Shown one piece after another: positions 33,852 to 37,209 of a stretch of 37,209 nucleotides of DNA. The translations under genes were made by a program, and so were the position numbers. Below the pieces are notes generated by a model, which did no database searches, had not been told where the DNA came from, and saw only the letters and a program-made list of their open reading frames with translations. Origin of the DNA: Bigelowiella natans CCMP2755 (Eukaryota; Protista; Cercozoa); NCBI GenBank assembly GCA_000320545.1, contig ADNK01000760.1:1-37209 (forward strand). Direction: 5' to 3'. Positions within the stretch are counted from its first letter, which is position 1. Every line of letters begins with the position of its first letter.

Positions 33852-34829
33852 TGCGTACATCGTGCGTAGACATTCTGGCGTTACTCGGGCGTCTGTTGCG
33901 AGCGCATCGTAGCGTGGCCTGCGCCCACATTGTTTTTGTGTTCTGCAATGAAGCCACAATGCTATAGAAGGGCCATGTTCACGCTGCAATGTGCGTGTCT
34001 AACAATGTGCACCATGCTACATGTGTCGATCTACGGTTTGTTACGTTTGCATGCACGCACCTTCGTTCACAGATCGACGCTGTAGCGTTGCAAACATGTT
34101 GAGCAAAGTTGTGGGGCGCACATGTGGCAAGCTCGCAAGCTCGTCTAGAGGTAACATGTAACGGATGAAATTTGTTCATTGTATGCAGCAGTGTACATAT
34201 GAGACGGATGTAATGAAATGTTTAAGTTTTTCCAATAGTCATCCTAATGTAGCTATGCTCTGCAATGTAGCGGCTACAGCGCTTAAATTGTGTCTGTTCG
34301 TTTCCTTGGTCACATGTTGCATGCATGAAAATGCATTGTAATTTGGTCTAGCATGTCGTGCTTTGCGCGCAGTGTACATATTTGCGCAGATAGTCATGTG
34401 AATCCACGAGCTGCTGAAGGTGCTATATAATTAGTTTACATGCATGATCTGAACTGCTTGTTCGAACTATATAGGTAGCAAATCTAGAGCTAGATACGCG
34501 TCTGATACCATTTTTTACAAGACTATAAAACTATTAAGAGATCGACATGCACAGCACACATACCACGCACGCACGCGCGTATGCATGCTATGGTTCTACA
34601 AACTTTGCTGTCTAGATTTACATGTTATGTAATGTACAACCGCTGAGACTTCAGAGCTGGCGGCGATGTGCTGTAACGATGTTGCTAAAAAACTAATAAT
34701 TGTTGCTTTAGAGCGATTGATTTCCGGTAGTAGATTACTCTGCCAAAGTAGCCTCAGAGACGGATGAGATTACCTTCCAAGTTCTTATCTGGCTCGCAAG
34801 TAATTCACACAATCAATCTCTAGAAGCTT

Positions 34830-37209
<2,380 letters not shown>

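Overview
Eukaryotic nuclear DNA that is intron-dense and microsatellite-rich. Bipartite (signal + transit-like) targeting, a type III glutamine synthetase and short weak-consensus introns suggest an alga with a complex plastid, most likely a chlorarachniophyte such as Bigelowiella (inference). I spliced seven genes by hand, in strictly alternating orientation: hypothetical protein (-, truncated at the left edge), PIH1D2-like co-chaperone (+), DRP5/ARC5-class dynamin-related protein (-), mitochondrial-type glutamine synthetase III (+), organellar bacterial-type leucyl-tRNA synthetase (-), SMC6 (+), and the 3' part of a class I-like PI3K (-, truncated at the right edge). Most ORFs in the supplied track are exon fragments or microsatellite artefacts. 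Main oddities: (1) tail-to-tail spacers rich in CTAG/CATG/TGCA palindromes, two of which share a composite element at nearly the same distance from the upstream stop; (2) a DRP5-like dynamin whose G4 motif reads THLK; (3) a LeuRS leader suited to plastid/mitochondrion dual targeting; (4) E2F-like sites in the bidirectional promoters; (5) very weak splice donors. CDS coordinates are gene spans including introns, and all gene models are manual and need RNA-seq confirmation.
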